Positions 32,213-44,103 are shown, counted from the stretch's first letter. The stretch is DNA of 64,000 bases from Gammaproteobacteria bacterium (GCA_013151745.1 JAADHS010000202.1:818-64817); one strand, 5' to 3'. Program-made: numbers and translations. The notes: generated by a model not told the origin, from the letters alone.

Positions 32213-32832
32213 TAACCTTGCTCATCATCCATGTATTGCCACTCATTAATAATCAATTTAATTTGCCACGGTGCTTTTTTTAAATACACTTTTCGAGGTA
32301 ATGCCACGTTATGATCCGGTAAAGTTGTGTAAGCTTTATAACGAATCGACCATTGTGATTGGCCTAGCTCGGAGATACGCCCGGAACGATCAAGGATTGT
32401 GGTGTGTTCGCGCGTTGGCTCCGGTAACCCGCGTACCCAATAAGTCAATTGCTCGAAAGGAAGAGGCCAACCCAAACGTTGATCAAGTAACTCAGATACA
32501 CTTTTCCCAGACAGTATGGTGCCATCTGAAGCTTTCAATACGACGCCACGATGATTCCCTTTTATCAGAACAGCGCCTTGACCCAGGGGGCCGCTAAAGT
32601 GCAATTCAAAATCATCTTTATTTTGCTGCGACCAGCGCAGAGTTCCGCTCCAGTTTTCCTCAGCATTGCGTATTGACATCCGCCCGTTTAAAACCCAACT
32701 GGATATTTTTTTAACTTGTTCGATATGGTCTGGATACTGTTGTTCGGGATTAAGTGTAGCCTGCTTTACTGCTGTAGTGCATCCACCTATAAGCAGCGAT
32801 AAGCTGATAGCAACATATAGGTGGATTTTCAT
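32212..32832 (-). CDS. lolB: Outer-membrane lipoprotein LolB
   Basis: Lipobox LLIGGC; 206 aa. Conserved lolB-ispE-prs synteny, with a 1-bp ATGA overlap with ispE. Confidence 0.8.
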   Translation of the reverse strand: MKIHLYVAISLSLLIGGCTTAVKQATLNPEQQYPDHIEQVKKISSWVLNGRMSIRNAEENWSGTLRWSQQNKDDFELHFSGPLGQGAVLIKGNHRGVVLKASDGTILSGKSVSELLDQRLGWPLPFEQLTYWVRGLPEPTREHTTILDRSGRISELGQSQWSIRYKAYTTLPDHNVALPRKVYLKKAPWQIKLIINEWQYMDDEQG

Positions 32833-32899
32833 GAGGCGTAATAAAATATCAAGTAAAAAATTTAGGATAATACAAAATTACAGTGAAATGACTTTTCAG

Positions 32900-34675
32900 C
32901 TATTTATCCAGGCGTTCCATCAATTCTGTAATAATATTTTTTTTAGCGGTTGGGCCTGTTTGTTTTAAAGCTCGCGCCCACACTTTTCGTGCAGCGTCCT
33001 GCTCACCGGATACCCAGAGTACTTCACCCAAGTGGGCGGCAACCTCTACATCCATTTTTAACTCAAGAGCCCGGCTAAGATATTTTTTAGCTTCATCGTA
33101 ATGACCCATGCGATAATGCACCCAGCCCATGCTGTCTACAATATGGAAATCATTGGGGCGCAGTTCCAGGGCACGTGAGATCAGTTCCAATGCCTCTTCA
33201 TAGCGTTCGGTACGATCAGCCAGAGTATAACCCAAGGCATTTAATACCTCCGAATTGTTTGGGTCACGTGTCAGAATGGCTCGTAGATCCTTTTCCATTA
33301 TGTCTAGTCTGTTTGTCTTGTCGGCGACCATAGAGCGCGCATAGAGCAAATCTGCATTATCGGGAAACTCTTTTAATGCCTCGTTATAAACAGAAAAAGC
33401 GGTTTCATAATCTTCAACGTCGATCAATACTTCGCCTTCAACGAGGCTCAAACGAAGTGTTTGTGAGGGTCGCTGTGCTTTAATGGCATTAATTAACGCC
33501 CTGGCGTTATCGATATCGCCTTCACGTGCAGTGATGACAATAATTCGAATTTGCGCATTGATATAATGTTCGCCCTCCGAAATAGCCGAATACCGTTTTT
33601 TCGCTTGCGCATTATTGCCTCGCTCTTCTTCAAGTCGGCCAAGATAATAATCCACCTCGAAAATTCGATTACCGCTATTTTTGAGTTGCAAAAAATAAGA
33701 TTCCGCATCATCAATATGCCCCAGTTGCAGTGCGATATAGCCGATAGCAAATATCACTTCTTCCGTATCCGGTTGAAGCTTGTCAATTTTTTTAAATTGC
33801 AGCAGGGCATCAGGCATACGACCGTCATCGGCCAATTGACGCGCATAAAACAATCGATAATCAATGACATCGGGAGAACGTTTGATCTGTTTTTCGAGAA
33901 AAGACAAAGTGGCGTTATTTTGGCCTAAGGCAGTTAAAACCCGGGCTTTTTGCAGTACGGCAGGGATCCAGTCTTTCTTCAAGAGCAAAACCTGATCAAT
34001 GGCTTTGGAAGCGGTTTTATTTTCCTCCAGACGCAGAGCTAAATGGCTTAAAGCAAATAAGGCATCGGAATTATCTTCATGTCGATCAACAAGGCGCTGC
34101 ATTAAATCCAAAGCTGCACGCTTGTCCCTTTCACGGCTTAACAGCCCTGCCACAATCATAAAGCCGCCATCCGCTTCTGACTCGTTACTATCCAATACGC
34201 GTTCCATGTGCTCTAATGCAGCATCAACGTCACCCGTGCGGATATACAGTGCGATCAATAATTGACGAGCTTCATCATTTTTAGGGTCTAGCTCCACCCA
34301 CAGTTGAGCTGCGCTCAATGCAGACTCATTATCTCGTGCATAAACAGCAACGCGACTTGCTCTTTCTGCGAGACGTGCATCCCGGGTAGATTGAGCCAGT
34401 TTGCTATACAGACGAACAGCAACATCCAGATGCGCTCTACGCGCGGCAATATCGGCCAACAGCAAATCGTAAAGCTGATCTGCCGTTAATGCAGAGTCAG
34501 GTATGACAGCTGAAGTTTGAGTGCGGGTCACTTCTTTTTTGGTTTGTGTTTGTTGCTCTGCTTGTTCCGTGATTTTTTTTGTCGATGAGTTTGTCACCAA
34601 TGGCGGTGTAGAAGCACAGCCTGCTAAAATCATGAGTGATAAAAATACTGGAACGGTTATAGACATCAACCTCAT
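32900..34675 (-). CDS. TPR-repeat lipoprotein (conserved neighbour of lolB, divergent from hemA)
   Basis: Lipobox MILAGCAS, followed by many tetratricopeptide repeats; 591 aa. Confidence 0.75.
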   Translation of the reverse strand: MRLMSITVPVFLSLMILAGCASTPPLVTNSSTKKITEQAEQQTQTKKEVTRTQTSAVIPDSALTADQLYDLLLADIAARRAHLDVAVRLYSKLAQSTRDARLAERASRVAVYARDNESALSAAQLWVELDPKNDEARQLLIALYIRTGDVDAALEHMERVLDSNESEADGGFMIVAGLLSRERDKRAALDLMQRLVDRHEDNSDALFALSHLALRLEENKTASKAIDQVLLLKKDWIPAVLQKARVLTALGQNNATLSFLEKQIKRSPDVIDYRLFYARQLADDGRMPDALLQFKKIDKLQPDTEEVIFAIGYIALQLGHIDDAESYFLQLKNSGNRIFEVDYYLGRLEEERGNNAQAKKRYSAISEGEHYINAQIRIIVITAREGDIDNARALINAIKAQRPSQTLRLSLVEGEVLIDVEDYETAFSVYNEALKEFPDNADLLYARSMVADKTNRLDIMEKDLRAILTRDPNNSEVLNALGYTLADRTERYEEALELISRALELRPNDFHIVDSMGWVHYRMGHYDEAKKYLSRALELKMDVEVAAHLGEVLWVSGEQDAARKVWARALKQTGPTAKKNIITELMERLDK

Positions 34676-34972
34676 CGAAATCTCCTCAATTGGGACTTAG
34701 TTTTAAAGATCAGTACCAATTCTATTCAAAAACAGCGAATAAATAACTTGACTCTTAACGATAGACCGCTAAATCAGTTATTAGTTACTACGGTCTTATG
34801 CTTCATTTTCTAAAGGGAAAGGGTTTCTCTCGCAAAACCTGTATTGCCTGCTGGCCTTACTATATAATGCTTGAGGGTTAAGGCAAGAGCCGTAGTCAAT
34901 ACTCAATAGAGCACATTTTAAAGATAGCGTTTTTGCAGAAAGAAAACAAGAACTTAAACCACAATTAAAGTC

Positions 34973-36247
34973 ATGCCAATTATTGCGTTAGGAATAAACC
35001 ACAAGACTGCTCCGGTTGAAATAAGGGAGAAAGTCTCTTTTTCCCAGGAAAAGCTGGAGGAAGCGCTACGTGACCTCACCTCACAATCCAATATTAATGA
35101 GGCGGCTATTTTATCAACATGTAATCGCACCGAGCTGGTTTGTCATACTGAAAATAACGAAGACAGCGCAACGATTATCGACTGGTTCCGCCATTACCAC
35201 AAACTAAGCGGGGAAGAAGTAGACCCCTATATTTACACTCACCCCGAGCAGCAAGCCGTGCAGCACATGCTTCGTGTTGCATGTGGCCTGGATTCATTAA
35301 TCCTGGGTGAACCGCAAATTCTGGGACAAATAAAAACGGCTTATCGCCAAGCCGTAGACGCGGGTACCGTCGGTACCTTGCTCGGCAAGCTTTTTCAATA
35401 TACTTTTTCCGTTGCTAAACAAATTCGCTCTGATACGGCTATTGGTTCCAGTTCCGTATCCGTTGCTTTTGCTGCAGTCAGCCTGGCTAAACAAATATTC
35501 AGCGACTTTGCTTCGCATACCGCATTACTGATTGGTGCGGGAGAAACCATCGAACTGACGGCTCGCCATTTACACGAAAATGGCATTGGTCGCATTATCA
35601 TTGCCAATCGTACGGTTGAAAAGGCTCATGCGCTAGCAAAAGAATTTAATGGTTACGCTATTGTTTTGCAAGATATTCCAGGGCATCTTGCCGAAGCCGA
35701 CATCATCATTTCATCGACAGGCAGTCCCCTGCCTATACTGGGCAAAGGGGCGATTGAACGAGCGTTAAAAACACGTAAACATCAACCCATGTTGATGGTG
35801 GACATTGCGGTACCCCGAGATATTGAACCGGAAGCAGGCGAGCTGGATGATGTCTATTTATATACGGTAGATGACCTGCAAGAAATTATTGAAGAAGGTC
35901 TGCGTTCACGGCAGCAAGCCGCTAAGCAAGCTGAAGAAATTATTGACCATGAAGTGATTCAATTCATGGGCTGGCTGCGATCTTTGGAGGCGGTTGGCAC
36001 CATTCGGGAATATCGTAAAAAAGCAGAAGAAACCCGTGACAACGAACTCAGCAAAGCACAGCGTATGTTGGCTAAGGGCGAAGATCCAGAAAAAGTACTG
36101 GCTTGGCTTGCTCATGGTTTGACCAATAAAATAATACATACACCTTGTACGCAGATGAAACAAGCTGGATTTGATGACCGTTTTGAGGTCATTGAAACAG
36201 CCCGGCATATTTTTGGCCTAGAGCAATTAACAAATAAGATTAAATAA
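34973..36247 (+). CDS. hemA: Glutamyl-tRNA reductase
   Basis: [23 protein letters not shown]...LSTCNRTEL...; 424 aa. Confidence 0.95.
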   Translation: MPIIALGINHKTAPVEIREKVSFSQEKLEEALRDLTSQSNINEAAILSTCNRTELVCHTENNEDSATIIDWFRHYHKLSGEEVDPYIYTHPEQQAVQHMLRVACGLDSLILGEPQILGQIKTAYRQAVDAGTVGTLLGKLFQYTFSVAKQIRSDTAIGSSSVSVAFAAVSLAKQIFSDFASHTALLIGAGETIELTARHLHENGIGRIIIANRTVEKAHALAKEFNGYAIVLQDIPGHLAEADIIISSTGSPLPILGKGAIERALKTRKHQPMLMVDIAVPRDIEPEAGELDDVYLYTVDDLQEIIEEGLRSRQQAAKQAEEIIDHEVIQFMGWLRSLEAVGTIREYRKKAEETRDNELSKAQRMLAKGEDPEKVLAWLAHGLTNKIIHTPCTQMKQAGFDDRFEVIETARHIFGLEQLTNKIK

Positions 36248-36252
36248 ATAAC

Positions 36253-37338
36253 GTGAAACCCTCCATTAGAAGTAAGCTGGAAAATATCTCAGAGCGTTTG
36301 CAAGAGCTGAGTGCCTTATTGTCAGAGTCCGACATCATTAGCGATCAAAACAAATTCCGCGAACTATCTAAGGAATATGCGCAAATTGCCCCCCTCGTTA
36401 AGTGTTTTGATCGATATAATGGCACCTTGGCCGATTTGCAAGCGGCTAACGAGATGCTTAAGGATGAGGATCTCGACGTCAGAGATATGGCCAAAGAAGA
36501 AATAAACGAAGCGACAGAGCAAAAAAACAATTTAGAACAAGAGCTGCAAATATTGCTTCTGCCAACAGATCCTCACGATCAAAGCAATACCTTTCTGGAA
36601 ATTCGAGCGGGTACGGGTGGCGATGAAGCGGCTATTTTTGCGGGTGATCTGTTTCGTATGTACCTGCGTTATGCGGAACTCAACAACTGGCAAGTTGAAG
36701 TTCTCAGTGAAAATCTGGGAGAGCATGGGGGTTATAGAGAGGTTATTTCACGCATCATTGGCCAGAACGCTTACTCGAAACTAAAATTCGAATCGGGTGC
36801 GCATCGTGTACAGCGTGTGCCTGAAACAGAGTCGCAGGGGCGAGTGCATACTTCGGCCTGTACGGTTGCGGTGATGCCTGAAGTGGATGAGGTCGAAGCC
36901 ATAGAAATTAATTCCGCTGATCTTAAAGTTGATACTTACCGTGCTTCAGGCGCGGGAGGGCAGCATGTCAATAAAACAGATTCCGCCATTCGTCTTACTC
37001 ATTTACCCACCGGCGTGGTTGTGGAATGCCAGGATGAACGCTCGCAACATAAAAACCGAGCGCGAGCCATGTCTTTGTTGCAGGCGAGGTTGCTGGCTGC
37101 TGAACAAGAAAAACAACAACTTGAGCAAGCCAGTGAACGTAAGAAACTGGTAGGCAGTGGTGACCGCTCTGAACGCATCAGAACATACAATTATCCACAG
37201 GGGCGGGTTACCGATCATAGAATCAATCTGACGCTATATAAGCTGGAAGAAGTGGTTACCGGCAATCTTGGTCTTGTTATTGACCCTCTTATCCACGAGC
37301 ACCAGGCCGAGTTACTTGCGGAAATGACAGAAACCTGA
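36253..37338 (+). CDS. prfA: Peptide chain release factor 1
   Basis: The GGQ motif ([16 protein letters not shown]) and the PxT context are present; 361 aa. Confidence 0.95.
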   Translation: MKPSIRSKLENISERLQELSALLSESDIISDQNKFRELSKEYAQIAPLVKCFDRYNGTLADLQAANEMLKDEDLDVRDMAKEEINEATEQKNNLEQELQILLLPTDPHDQSNTFLEIRAGTGGDEAAIFAGDLFRMYLRYAELNNWQVEVLSENLGEHGGYREVISRIIGQNAYSKLKFESGAHRVQRVPETESQGRVHTSACTVAVMPEVDEVEAIEINSADLKVDTYRASGAGGQHVNKTDSAIRLTHLPTGVVVECQDERSQHKNRARAMSLLQARLLAAEQEKQQLEQASERKKLVGSGDRSERIRTYNYPQGRVTDHRINLTLYKLEEVVTGNLGLVIDPLIHEHQAELLAEMTET

Positions 37339-37350
37339 GCTTGCTTTGCT

Positions 37351-38193
37351 ATGACGACCTGCGTCTCTCAACTCCTCACGCAAGCTTCATTACGCTTAAA
37401 CTCGCAAGCTGAACCTCGTTTAGAGGCTGAAATTTTGCTGGCCTATTGCTTGAAAAAACCTCGTGTTTTTCTTTATGCTTGGCCGGATCACTCCGTTAAA
37501 ATTGAGCAGAAAGTTTTTTTTGAACAGCTTGTTGCTCGCCGAAGCACAGGTGAACCCGTCGCTTATATCTTGGGTTATCAGGAGTTTTGGTCGCTCACTT
37601 TGCAGGTAACCCCGGCAACATTAATACCTCGCTCAGAAACAGAATTACTCGTTGAGCGCGCCTTAAGCTTTATATCTGAAAATAAAAACTTGTCCATTCT
37701 TGATTTAGGTACGGGCAGTGGTGCTATTGCGCTTGCGATTGCAAGAGAGCGACCTGCTTGTAAAATCACGGCCACGGATCGCTGCGTGAACGCTCTGGCC
37801 GTAGCTCAAAATAATACAAAAAAAAATCATATTACTAATGTGCATCTGATGCAAAGCCACTGGTTTAGCGCATTAAATTCAGGTGTTTTTGATATCATCG
37901 TGTCCAATCCGCCTTATATTTCCGAAAATGATCCGCATCTGTATCAGGGCGATTTGCCCTATGAGCCAGATATCGCATTAACCAGTCGAGATGACGGTTT
38001 GGCTGACATTAAAAAAATTATTGGCGAGGCCTCCCGATATTTAAAAACAAACGGTTGGTTGTTGTTGGAGCATGGATACCATCAGGCTGAAAAAGTGAGA
38101 GCATTGTTTGGAGAGCAGGGCTATCAATCCATCCATACTGAACTGGACTATGCAGGACATCCCCGTGTGACGTTGGCACAAAAAATGGTTTAA
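37351..38193 (+). CDS. prmC: Release-factor glutamine N5-methyltransferase PrmC (HemK)
   Basis: NPPY motif (VSNPPYIS) and SAM-binding LDLGTGSGAIA. Conserved hemA-prfA-prmC order. Confidence 0.9.
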   Translation: MTTCVSQLLTQASLRLNSQAEPRLEAEILLAYCLKKPRVFLYAWPDHSVKIEQKVFFEQLVARRSTGEPVAYILGYQEFWSLTLQVTPATLIPRSETELLVERALSFISENKNLSILDLGTGSGAIALAIARERPACKITATDRCVNALAVAQNNTKKNHITNVHLMQSHWFSALNSGVFDIIVSNPPYISENDPHLYQGDLPYEPDIALTSRDDGLADIKKIIGEASRYLKTNGWLLLEHGYHQAEKVRALFGEQGYQSIHTELDYAGHPRVTLAQKMV

Positions 38194-38325
38194 TTTCGAG
38201 TCTTTAATCTTTAGAAAAAAACTCAGAAATAGGTATGATCCTATGCGACATGGGGGGTAAAACCTGAATTTCAAACGCTATGAGTATATGATATGAACGG
38301 GATGTGATCTGAAATACAAAAGGCA

Positions 38326-38706
38326 ATGCATGTGATGGATAAAAATAAACTGGATCAGGTGGTGGCCAATGCTCAAAAAAATAAATTGAAGCGTGAGGCC
38401 GGTTATAGAGAAAAAGCGCTTAAATTATATTCATGGATATGTGGTCGTTGCTCACGAGAGTTTACGCGAGCGAATCTTCAGGAGTTGACCGTGCACCACC
38501 GTAATCATGATCACGATTATAATCCAGAAGATGGTAGTAATTGGGAATTGTTATGCGTCTATTGTCACGATAACGAACATCAACGTTTATTAGACGGCGA
38601 GGGTACCAACAATACCGATGGGGCAGGGCAGGCAGCCACACATAATCCCTTTGCTGGACTGTCTGATATGCTGGAACCGAAAAATAAAGATCGTCGTAAA
38701 AAATGA
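38326..38706 (+). CDS. yajD: HNH nuclease YajD
   Basis: GYREKALKLYSWICGRCSREFTRANLQELTVHHRNHDHDYNPEDGSNWELLCVYCHDNEH is near-colinear with E. coli YajD. Confidence 0.85.
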   Translation: MHVMDKNKLDQVVANAQKNKLKREAGYREKALKLYSWICGRCSREFTRANLQELTVHHRNHDHDYNPEDGSNWELLCVYCHDNEHQRLLDGEGTNNTDGAGQAATHNPFAGLSDMLEPKNKDRRKK

Positions 38707-38941
38707 ATGGGCGTAAAATACATTCATTATTCCTGGGTTTATAGTTTTTCGGTTTTGTTTCCTGGGTCGTACTGGTATTGATGTTCCTGTAGATAATCAG
38801 AACGAATTCGTACAATACAATCTGACTTCCAAGCAGGGAAGTTCCCTGTGTTTATTCCTTGATCATGCCTTTTTAAGGTATAATGTCGCGCTTTTCGGTT
38901 GGCCTCTTGCTTCATGAAATACTTCAATCTAGGAATGTTAT

Positions 38942-40534
38942 ATGTTATCCACTGCCAATATTACGATGCAGTTTGGGGCTAAGCCCTTGTTTGAAAATGT
39001 CTCTGTTAAATTCGGTCAGGGTAACAGCTATGGCCTGATTGGCGCTAATGGCTGTGGTAAGTCCACGTTTATGAAGATTTTGGGAGGGGATCTGGAGTCC
39101 AGCGCCGGGACGGTAAGCAAAGACCCTGATGAGCGTATTGGCAAGTTACGACAGGATCAATTTGCCTTTGAAGATTTCTCCGTTATAGATACTGTTATTA
39201 TGGGTCATGCCGAATTATGGGCCATCAAAAAAGAACGGGATCGTATTTACTCGCTGCCTGAAATGAGTGAAGAAGAGGGTATGAAGGTAGCCGAACTAGA
39301 GACTGAATTTGGCGAAATGGATGGCTATACTGCTGAATCGCGTGCGGGCGAATTATTGCTGGGTCTGGAAATTCCAACTGAACAACACGATGGTCCCATG
39401 AGCGCTATCGCCCCTGGCTGGAAGTTACGTGTTTTGCTCGCCCAGGCTTTATTTGCTGATCCTGATATCATGTTGCTTGATGAGCCCACCAATAATCTGG
39501 ACATCAATACCATTCGCTGGTTAGAAGAAATATTAAATCAACGTCACTGTACCATGATCATTATTTCGCATGACCGGCATTTTTTAAACAGTGTTTGCAC
39601 CCATATGGCTGATTTGGATTATGGTGAGTTACGTATTTACCCAGGCAATTACGATGAGTATATGCTGGCATCTACCCAGGCGCGCGAACGTCAATATGCT
39701 GATAATGCCAAGAAAAAATCTCAAATTTCTGAGCTTCAAGCGTTTGTCGCGCGCTTTTCAGCAAACGCATCCAAGGCAAAACAAGCCACCTCACGCGCTA
39801 GACGAATGGAAAAAATTCAGCTTGATGAGATCAAGCCCTCTAGTCGGGTCAATCCCTTTTTGCGTTTTGATCAGGATAAAAAATTACATCGCCAGGCTTT
39901 AGAGATTAAAAGCATCAGCAAAGGCTTTGCTGATGAACCTGTATTTAACAATTTAAAGCTGGCGCTTGAGGTGGGTGAACGATTAGCAATTATTGGTCCC
40001 AACGGTATTGGTAAATCGACCTTGCTTAAAATTTTGATCGGTGAACTTGAGCCAGACTCAGGTGTTATTAAATGGTCTGAAAATGCGAATATCGGCTATT
40101 GCGCGCAAGATCATGCCGAAGATTTTGAGCAAGATATCAATCTTTTCGATTGGATGAGTCAGTGGGGGCAGCCCGGCGACGATGAACAGGTTATTCGCGG
40201 TACGCTGGGTCGCTTGCTCTTTTCTCGAGATGACATTAACAAATCGGTCAAAGTTATTTCTGGAGGCGAGCAAGGCCGCATGTTATTCGGTAAGTTAATG
40301 TTGCAAAAAGCCAATATCTTGGTGATGGACGAACCCACTAATCATCTGGATATGGAGTCTATAGAATCACTCAACATGGCATTAGAAAACTACCCGGGTA
40401 CTTTGATTTTTGTCAGTCACGACCGTGAGTTTGTATCATCACTGGCGACTCGCATCATCGAACTCACGCCAAGTGGTGTCGTTGATTTCATGGGTAGCTA
40501 TGATGAGTATTTACACAAACAAGGTGTAGAATAA
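38942..40534 (+). CDS. ABC-F family ATPase (YbiT-like; two ABC cassettes, no TMD)
   Basis: Two Walker A motifs ([18 protein letters not shown]) and two ABC signature motifs (ISGGEQ...; ...LSGGWK-like); 530 aa, the size of YbiT. Confidence 0.8.
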   Translation: MLSTANITMQFGAKPLFENVSVKFGQGNSYGLIGANGCGKSTFMKILGGDLESSAGTVSKDPDERIGKLRQDQFAFEDFSVIDTVIMGHAELWAIKKERDRIYSLPEMSEEEGMKVAELETEFGEMDGYTAESRAGELLLGLEIPTEQHDGPMSAIAPGWKLRVLLAQALFADPDIMLLDEPTNNLDINTIRWLEEILNQRHCTMIIISHDRHFLNSVCTHMADLDYGELRIYPGNYDEYMLASTQARERQYADNAKKKSQISELQAFVARFSANASKAKQATSRARRMEKIQLDEIKPSSRVNPFLRFDQDKKLHRQALEIKSISKGFADEPVFNNLKLALEVGERLAIIGPNGIGKSTLLKILIGELEPDSGVIKWSENANIGYCAQDHAEDFEQDINLFDWMSQWGQPGDDEQVIRGTLGRLLFSRDDINKSVKVISGGEQGRMLFGKLMLQKANILVMDEPTNHLDMESIESLNMALENYPGTLIFVSHDREFVSSLATRIIELTPSGVVDFMGSYDEYLHKQGVE

Positions 40535-40568
40535 ATAGGAGTCAGCGCGCAATAAGGTGCCTGTTTTC

Positions 40569-41714
40569 TTATCTGGGTTTGGGTCTTTCTCCAACGATGG
40601 CTTTGATTGTGGTTGTTTCACGATTGCGAATGAGTTTGAGCTGAATTTCTGTTTCAGGTGGGACGCTGGTAATTGCGTTGATCAAGTTGCTGGCTTTGTG
40701 AATTTCTTTGTTGTCAATGTGGGTAATAATGTCGCCTGGTAGCAGTCCAGCCAAGTGAGCAGGGCCATTTTTTAAAACGCCTGCGACTAAAACGCCTGTT
40801 TTTTCCGGTAGACCAAAAGAATCAGCAAGTGCTGTTGTTATGTTTTGCACTTCTATTCCCAGCCAGCCGCGTATAGCGTGTCCATATTCAAGAATTTGTT
40901 GCATTACATTTTTGGCCAGATGGATAGGAATAGCAAAGCCGACGCCCTGGGAGCCGCCGGATCGTGAAAATATGGCGGTGTTAATGCCTACGAGTTCGCC
41001 ACGGGCATTGATTAATGCTCCCCCCGAATTTCCGGGGTTGATGGCGGCATCAGTTTGTATAAAGTTTTCAAAAGTACTGATGCCCAGTTCGCTACGTCCG
41101 GTGGCGCTGACGATACCCATGGTGACGGTTTGTCCTATGCCAAAGGGGTTGCCTATGGCGAGAACAACGTCGCCTATGCGCAGCTCGTCTGAATGGCCTA
41201 ATGTAATAGCGGGTAAGTTTTCCGCGGGGATGCGGAGGACGGCGATATCGGTCTCAGGATCGCTGCCGACAACCACAGCCTTTGAGCTGCCGCCATCACG
41301 AAAGGCTACCAGAATTTCATCGGCTTCGGCAATGACATGATTGTTTGTCAGGATATAACCGTTTTTGCTAATAATGACCCCGGATCCCAAGCTGTTTTCG
41401 ATCTTTTTCTTGGGCCCGAGTTGGTCGCCGAAAAAGCGGCGAAACGCCGGGTCGTCAAAAAGAGGATGTAAGCGGCGTGTCGTTACTTTCGCGGTGAAAA
41501 TATTGACCACTGCTGGTGCCGCATTTTCAACGGCGATGCTATAAGAAGCGGGTGAATTTGATCTTGTGGTATCACGGGACGGTGCTTCTGTAATCTCTAC
41601 AGAGGGGCGCAAATCAACTTCACCTGGGCGGAATATAACGATCAAAAGAAAGCCTGCCAAGACGCCAACGGCCAGACCTTGAACTAGGTAGGGAGCTATT
41701 TTTCGTAAATCCAT
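40569..41714 (-). CDS. DegS/AlgW-type periplasmic serine endoprotease (S1C, single PDZ, N-terminal TM anchor)
   Basis: Catalytic triad contexts are present (TNNHV, D, GNSGGAL), and a PDZ domain closes the C-terminus; 381 aa. It precedes nif3/ybgI, as algW/degS typically does. Confidence 0.8.
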   Translation of the reverse strand: MDLRKIAPYLVQGLAVGVLAGFLLIVIFRPGEVDLRPSVEITEAPSRDTTRSNSPASYSIAVENAAPAVVNIFTAKVTTRRLHPLFDDPAFRRFFGDQLGPKKKIENSLGSGVIISKNGYILTNNHVIAEADEILVAFRDGGSSKAVVVGSDPETDIAVLRIPAENLPAITLGHSDELRIGDVVLAIGNPFGIGQTVTMGIVSATGRSELGISTFENFIQTDAAINPGNSGGALINARGELVGINTAIFSRSGGSQGVGFAIPIHLAKNVMQQILEYGHAIRGWLGIEVQNITTALADSFGLPEKTGVLVAGVLKNGPAHLAGLLPGDIITHIDNKEIHKASNLINAITSVPPETEIQLKLIRNRETTTIKAIVGERPKPR

Positions 41715-41762
41715 TTTTCGAAAGCGGCTTATTTATAAGTCTAGTCAGTTTGAATGGCGAAG

Positions 41763-42083
41763 CTAGGAGGCTGTCCGAGAATAGAGAGCCGACTGCGGAA
41801 AATCCATTTAGGCCATATTTTCCGATCAATTTCGTTAAAGATGCTCATATAGTAAGTACCCCGCCATAATTTTTTAATATTCATTGGTCTTTGTTTACGT
41901 GACTCTGCGTTACAGCTCCTGTCACAATAGCTCACTTCGCTGTGCCTTGACTCACGCGAAAAGTCCTGCATAAATTGAGTTAAAATAATTATGGCGGGGT
42001 ACTTATTCGCCTCGTTTGGTCGAAAAATCTGACCCAAAACGACTTCCCCTCGCTACGATTTCTATTCTCGGGCAGTCTCCTAG
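41763..42083. mobile_element. MITE copy 3 (321 bp) of the CTAG family, carrying a nested second inverted-repeat element (41851-42008)
   Basis: Outer inverted repeat: ctaggaggctgtccgagaatagaga ... tctattctcgggcagtctcctag, with flanks cTA/TAg. Inner element: (a)gtaagtaccccgccataatt ... aattatggcggggtacttatt, a 20/21-bp inverted repeat 157 bp apart. Confidence 0.7.
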
Positions 42084-42218
42084 TGTATTATTTTGCACTC
42101 TAACATAATTTTCTTCTGTGTATGTTGAGTTTGACGTGATAAGGGTGGCTTGTAATGTTCTATCCTCCCCGTTAAAAATGAGGAAATTTATTTTCATTGA
42201 ATTTTTAAGGTGTAGGGC

Positions 42219-42977
42219 ATGGTGGCGTTGATAGATTTGGTTCAGTACAGCAATGAAGCGCTTGAAGTGGATAAATTTCAAGATTATGCTCCAAATGGTC
42301 TTCAGGTTGAGGGCGCGCGCGATGTCGAGTTGCTTGTAACCGGAGTTACGGCAAATTTAGCTTTATTGGAAGCGGCAGTTGAAGTCGGAGCGCAGGCGGT
42401 GATGGTGCATCACGGTTATTTTTGGAAGTCGGAGGCGGCGCCCGTTGTCGGAATGAAACGCAATAGGCTAAAAGTGCTTCTGGAAAATAATATTTCTTTG
42501 CTGGCGTACCACCTTCCTCTGGATGCCCATAACGTTTGGGGGAATAATGCTCAATTAGCTTATCGTAACGACTGGATTATTCGAGGGAGGTTGGGCGCAG
42601 GAAAAACACCATTAGGATTCTATGGAGAATTATCTCAGAGCATTGGCGTATTGCAGTTTTGTCAAAACGTTGAGCGGACGTTAGGGCGATCTGTGCAGCT
42701 AATAGATAGTGGTGTACACTCTGAGGTGAAGCGGTTAGCATGGTGTAGCGGTGCAGCGCAGTCTTATATTGAGGATGCGGCAAGCCTGGGAGTGGATCTG
42801 TTTTTAAGTGGTGAAATATCTGAGCAAACGGTTCATATTGCCAAGGAAATGGGCATTCATTATGTCGCCGCAGGTCATCATGCAACAGAGCGGTATGGGG
42901 TGTCCTGTTTTGGTGAGCATTTGACTGAAAAGTTTAAAATTCGCCATCAGTTTATTGATATTGATTGTCCGGTTTAA
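42219..42977 (+). CDS. Nif3-family dinuclear-metal-centre protein (YbgI/GTP cyclohydrolase 1 type 2 homologue)
   Basis: DYAPNGLQVEG...LVTGVTANLALLEAAVEVGAQAVMVHHGYFWK is highly similar to E. coli YbgI. Confidence 0.85.
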   Translation: MVALIDLVQYSNEALEVDKFQDYAPNGLQVEGARDVELLVTGVTANLALLEAAVEVGAQAVMVHHGYFWKSEAAPVVGMKRNRLKVLLENNISLLAYHLPLDAHNVWGNNAQLAYRNDWIIRGRLGAGKTPLGFYGELSQSIGVLQFCQNVERTLGRSVQLIDSGVHSEVKRLAWCSGAAQSYIEDAASLGVDLFLSGEISEQTVHIAKEMGIHYVAAGHHATERYGVSCFGEHLTEKFKIRHQFIDIDCPV

Positions 42978-43433
42978 TTTTTTAGATTGCGATCAGTGCG
43001 AGCGTTCAGCTTAAAGACTTTTGCTATGTATTTGTGCAGGGCGAGCTATTTTGTTGAGTGATTTCCTGTGGATTAATGGTAAAAGCATTGACAGCAGGAT
43101 TGTGTTTAGTCTAGGATTCAGTTCCTTTGTCGCTGAATGATAATAAAAAGCATTTAGACAATGCAAGTTCAAGCCATTGGTGATTAACAAAGTGTAGTAT
43201 GTGCATTTAAAAACGGGCAAACATCCCGTCACCTGTTTAGATATCGGGGGATTTAAACAGTATAAATATTTAGTTTCGCGAGAGCCATCATTCTGACGTT
43301 GCGCATATATTGTGTTGTCGTTTTTGTGTCTGCGTGATGCTATTTATTTCCCTGCCAGGCAGAAATAAACCGATTTTTTAGGGTGAAATGCCGATTTGTA
43401 ATTTGGACGAAAGTTGGAAGGACGTTTTTGCAA

Positions 43434-44036
43434 ATGAATAAATATACTTATTGTTTGTACAATGGTAAGAGGCCGGTATCGTGGGTCTCTGCCATTTTGT
43501 TGGTTCTAGCGCTGGTATTTTCAGGAGCAGGGTTAGCAGAGGTGCCCAATGCAGTGCCACCAGAAGGGGAGCACAAAGGAGATGATGTTCCCCAGCCTAT
43601 ACATTTCCCTCATGATACGCATGCAAAAATCAACGAAATCAATTGTATGTATTGCCATACTTATGCACGTCGCAGCAAGGTTGCGGGTATTCCGCCAACA
43701 AGTAAATGCATGGGCTGTCATTCAGTCATCGCGACAGATAGTGATCGTATCAAAAAGCTGACAGAATATTGGGAAAAGAATGAGTCACCACCATGGAAAA
43801 AAGTCCATGATGTGCCCGATTATGTTCATTTTACTCATGAAAAACATATGAAGCGTTTCTTGTTTGACAACGAGGACATGGAAGTTGAGCGTGTATCAGA
43901 GGTGTGTGCTTTTTGTCACGGCGAGGTTAAAGATATGGAAGTGGCAAACAAGGTTAAACCGCTGAATATGGGGTTTTGTCAGCGTTGCCATGAGGCGAAT
44001 GGCGGGCCCTCAGACTGTTGGGCGTGTCATAAATAA
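43434..44036 (+). CDS. actA: Alternative complex III subunit ActA (pentahaem cytochrome c, N-terminal membrane anchor)
   Basis: Five CxxCH motifs (CMYCH, CMGCH, CAFCH, CQRCH, CWACH) and one N-terminal hydrophobic helix. The tracked ORF starts at an upstream GTG; the ATG at 43434 is the more likely start. Confidence 0.75.
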   Translation: MNKYTYCLYNGKRPVSWVSAILLVLALVFSGAGLAEVPNAVPPEGEHKGDDVPQPIHFPHDTHAKINEINCMYCHTYARRSKVAGIPPTSKCMGCHSVIATDSDRIKKLTEYWEKNESPPWKKVHDVPDYVHFTHEKHMKRFLFDNEDMEVERVSEVCAFCHGEVKDMEVANKVKPLNMGFCQRCHEANGGPSDCWACHK

Positions 44037-44103
44037 ATGCGGCTAGTACAGTTAGGCTGTATCTGGCAATAATGGAAACTAATTAGCGAACAGGTGATTT
44101 GAT

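Noticed and set aside
38462-38815. 117-aa minus-strand ORF overlapping the yajD 3' half
   Set aside because: It is antisense to the conserved YajD HNH motif and extends into the intergenic region without a Shine-Dalgarno.
40840-41340. 166-aa plus-strand ORF antisense to algW/degS
   Set aside because: It sits entirely inside the protease gene, has no Shine-Dalgarno and a Pro/Ser/Ala-rich composition typical of antisense frames.
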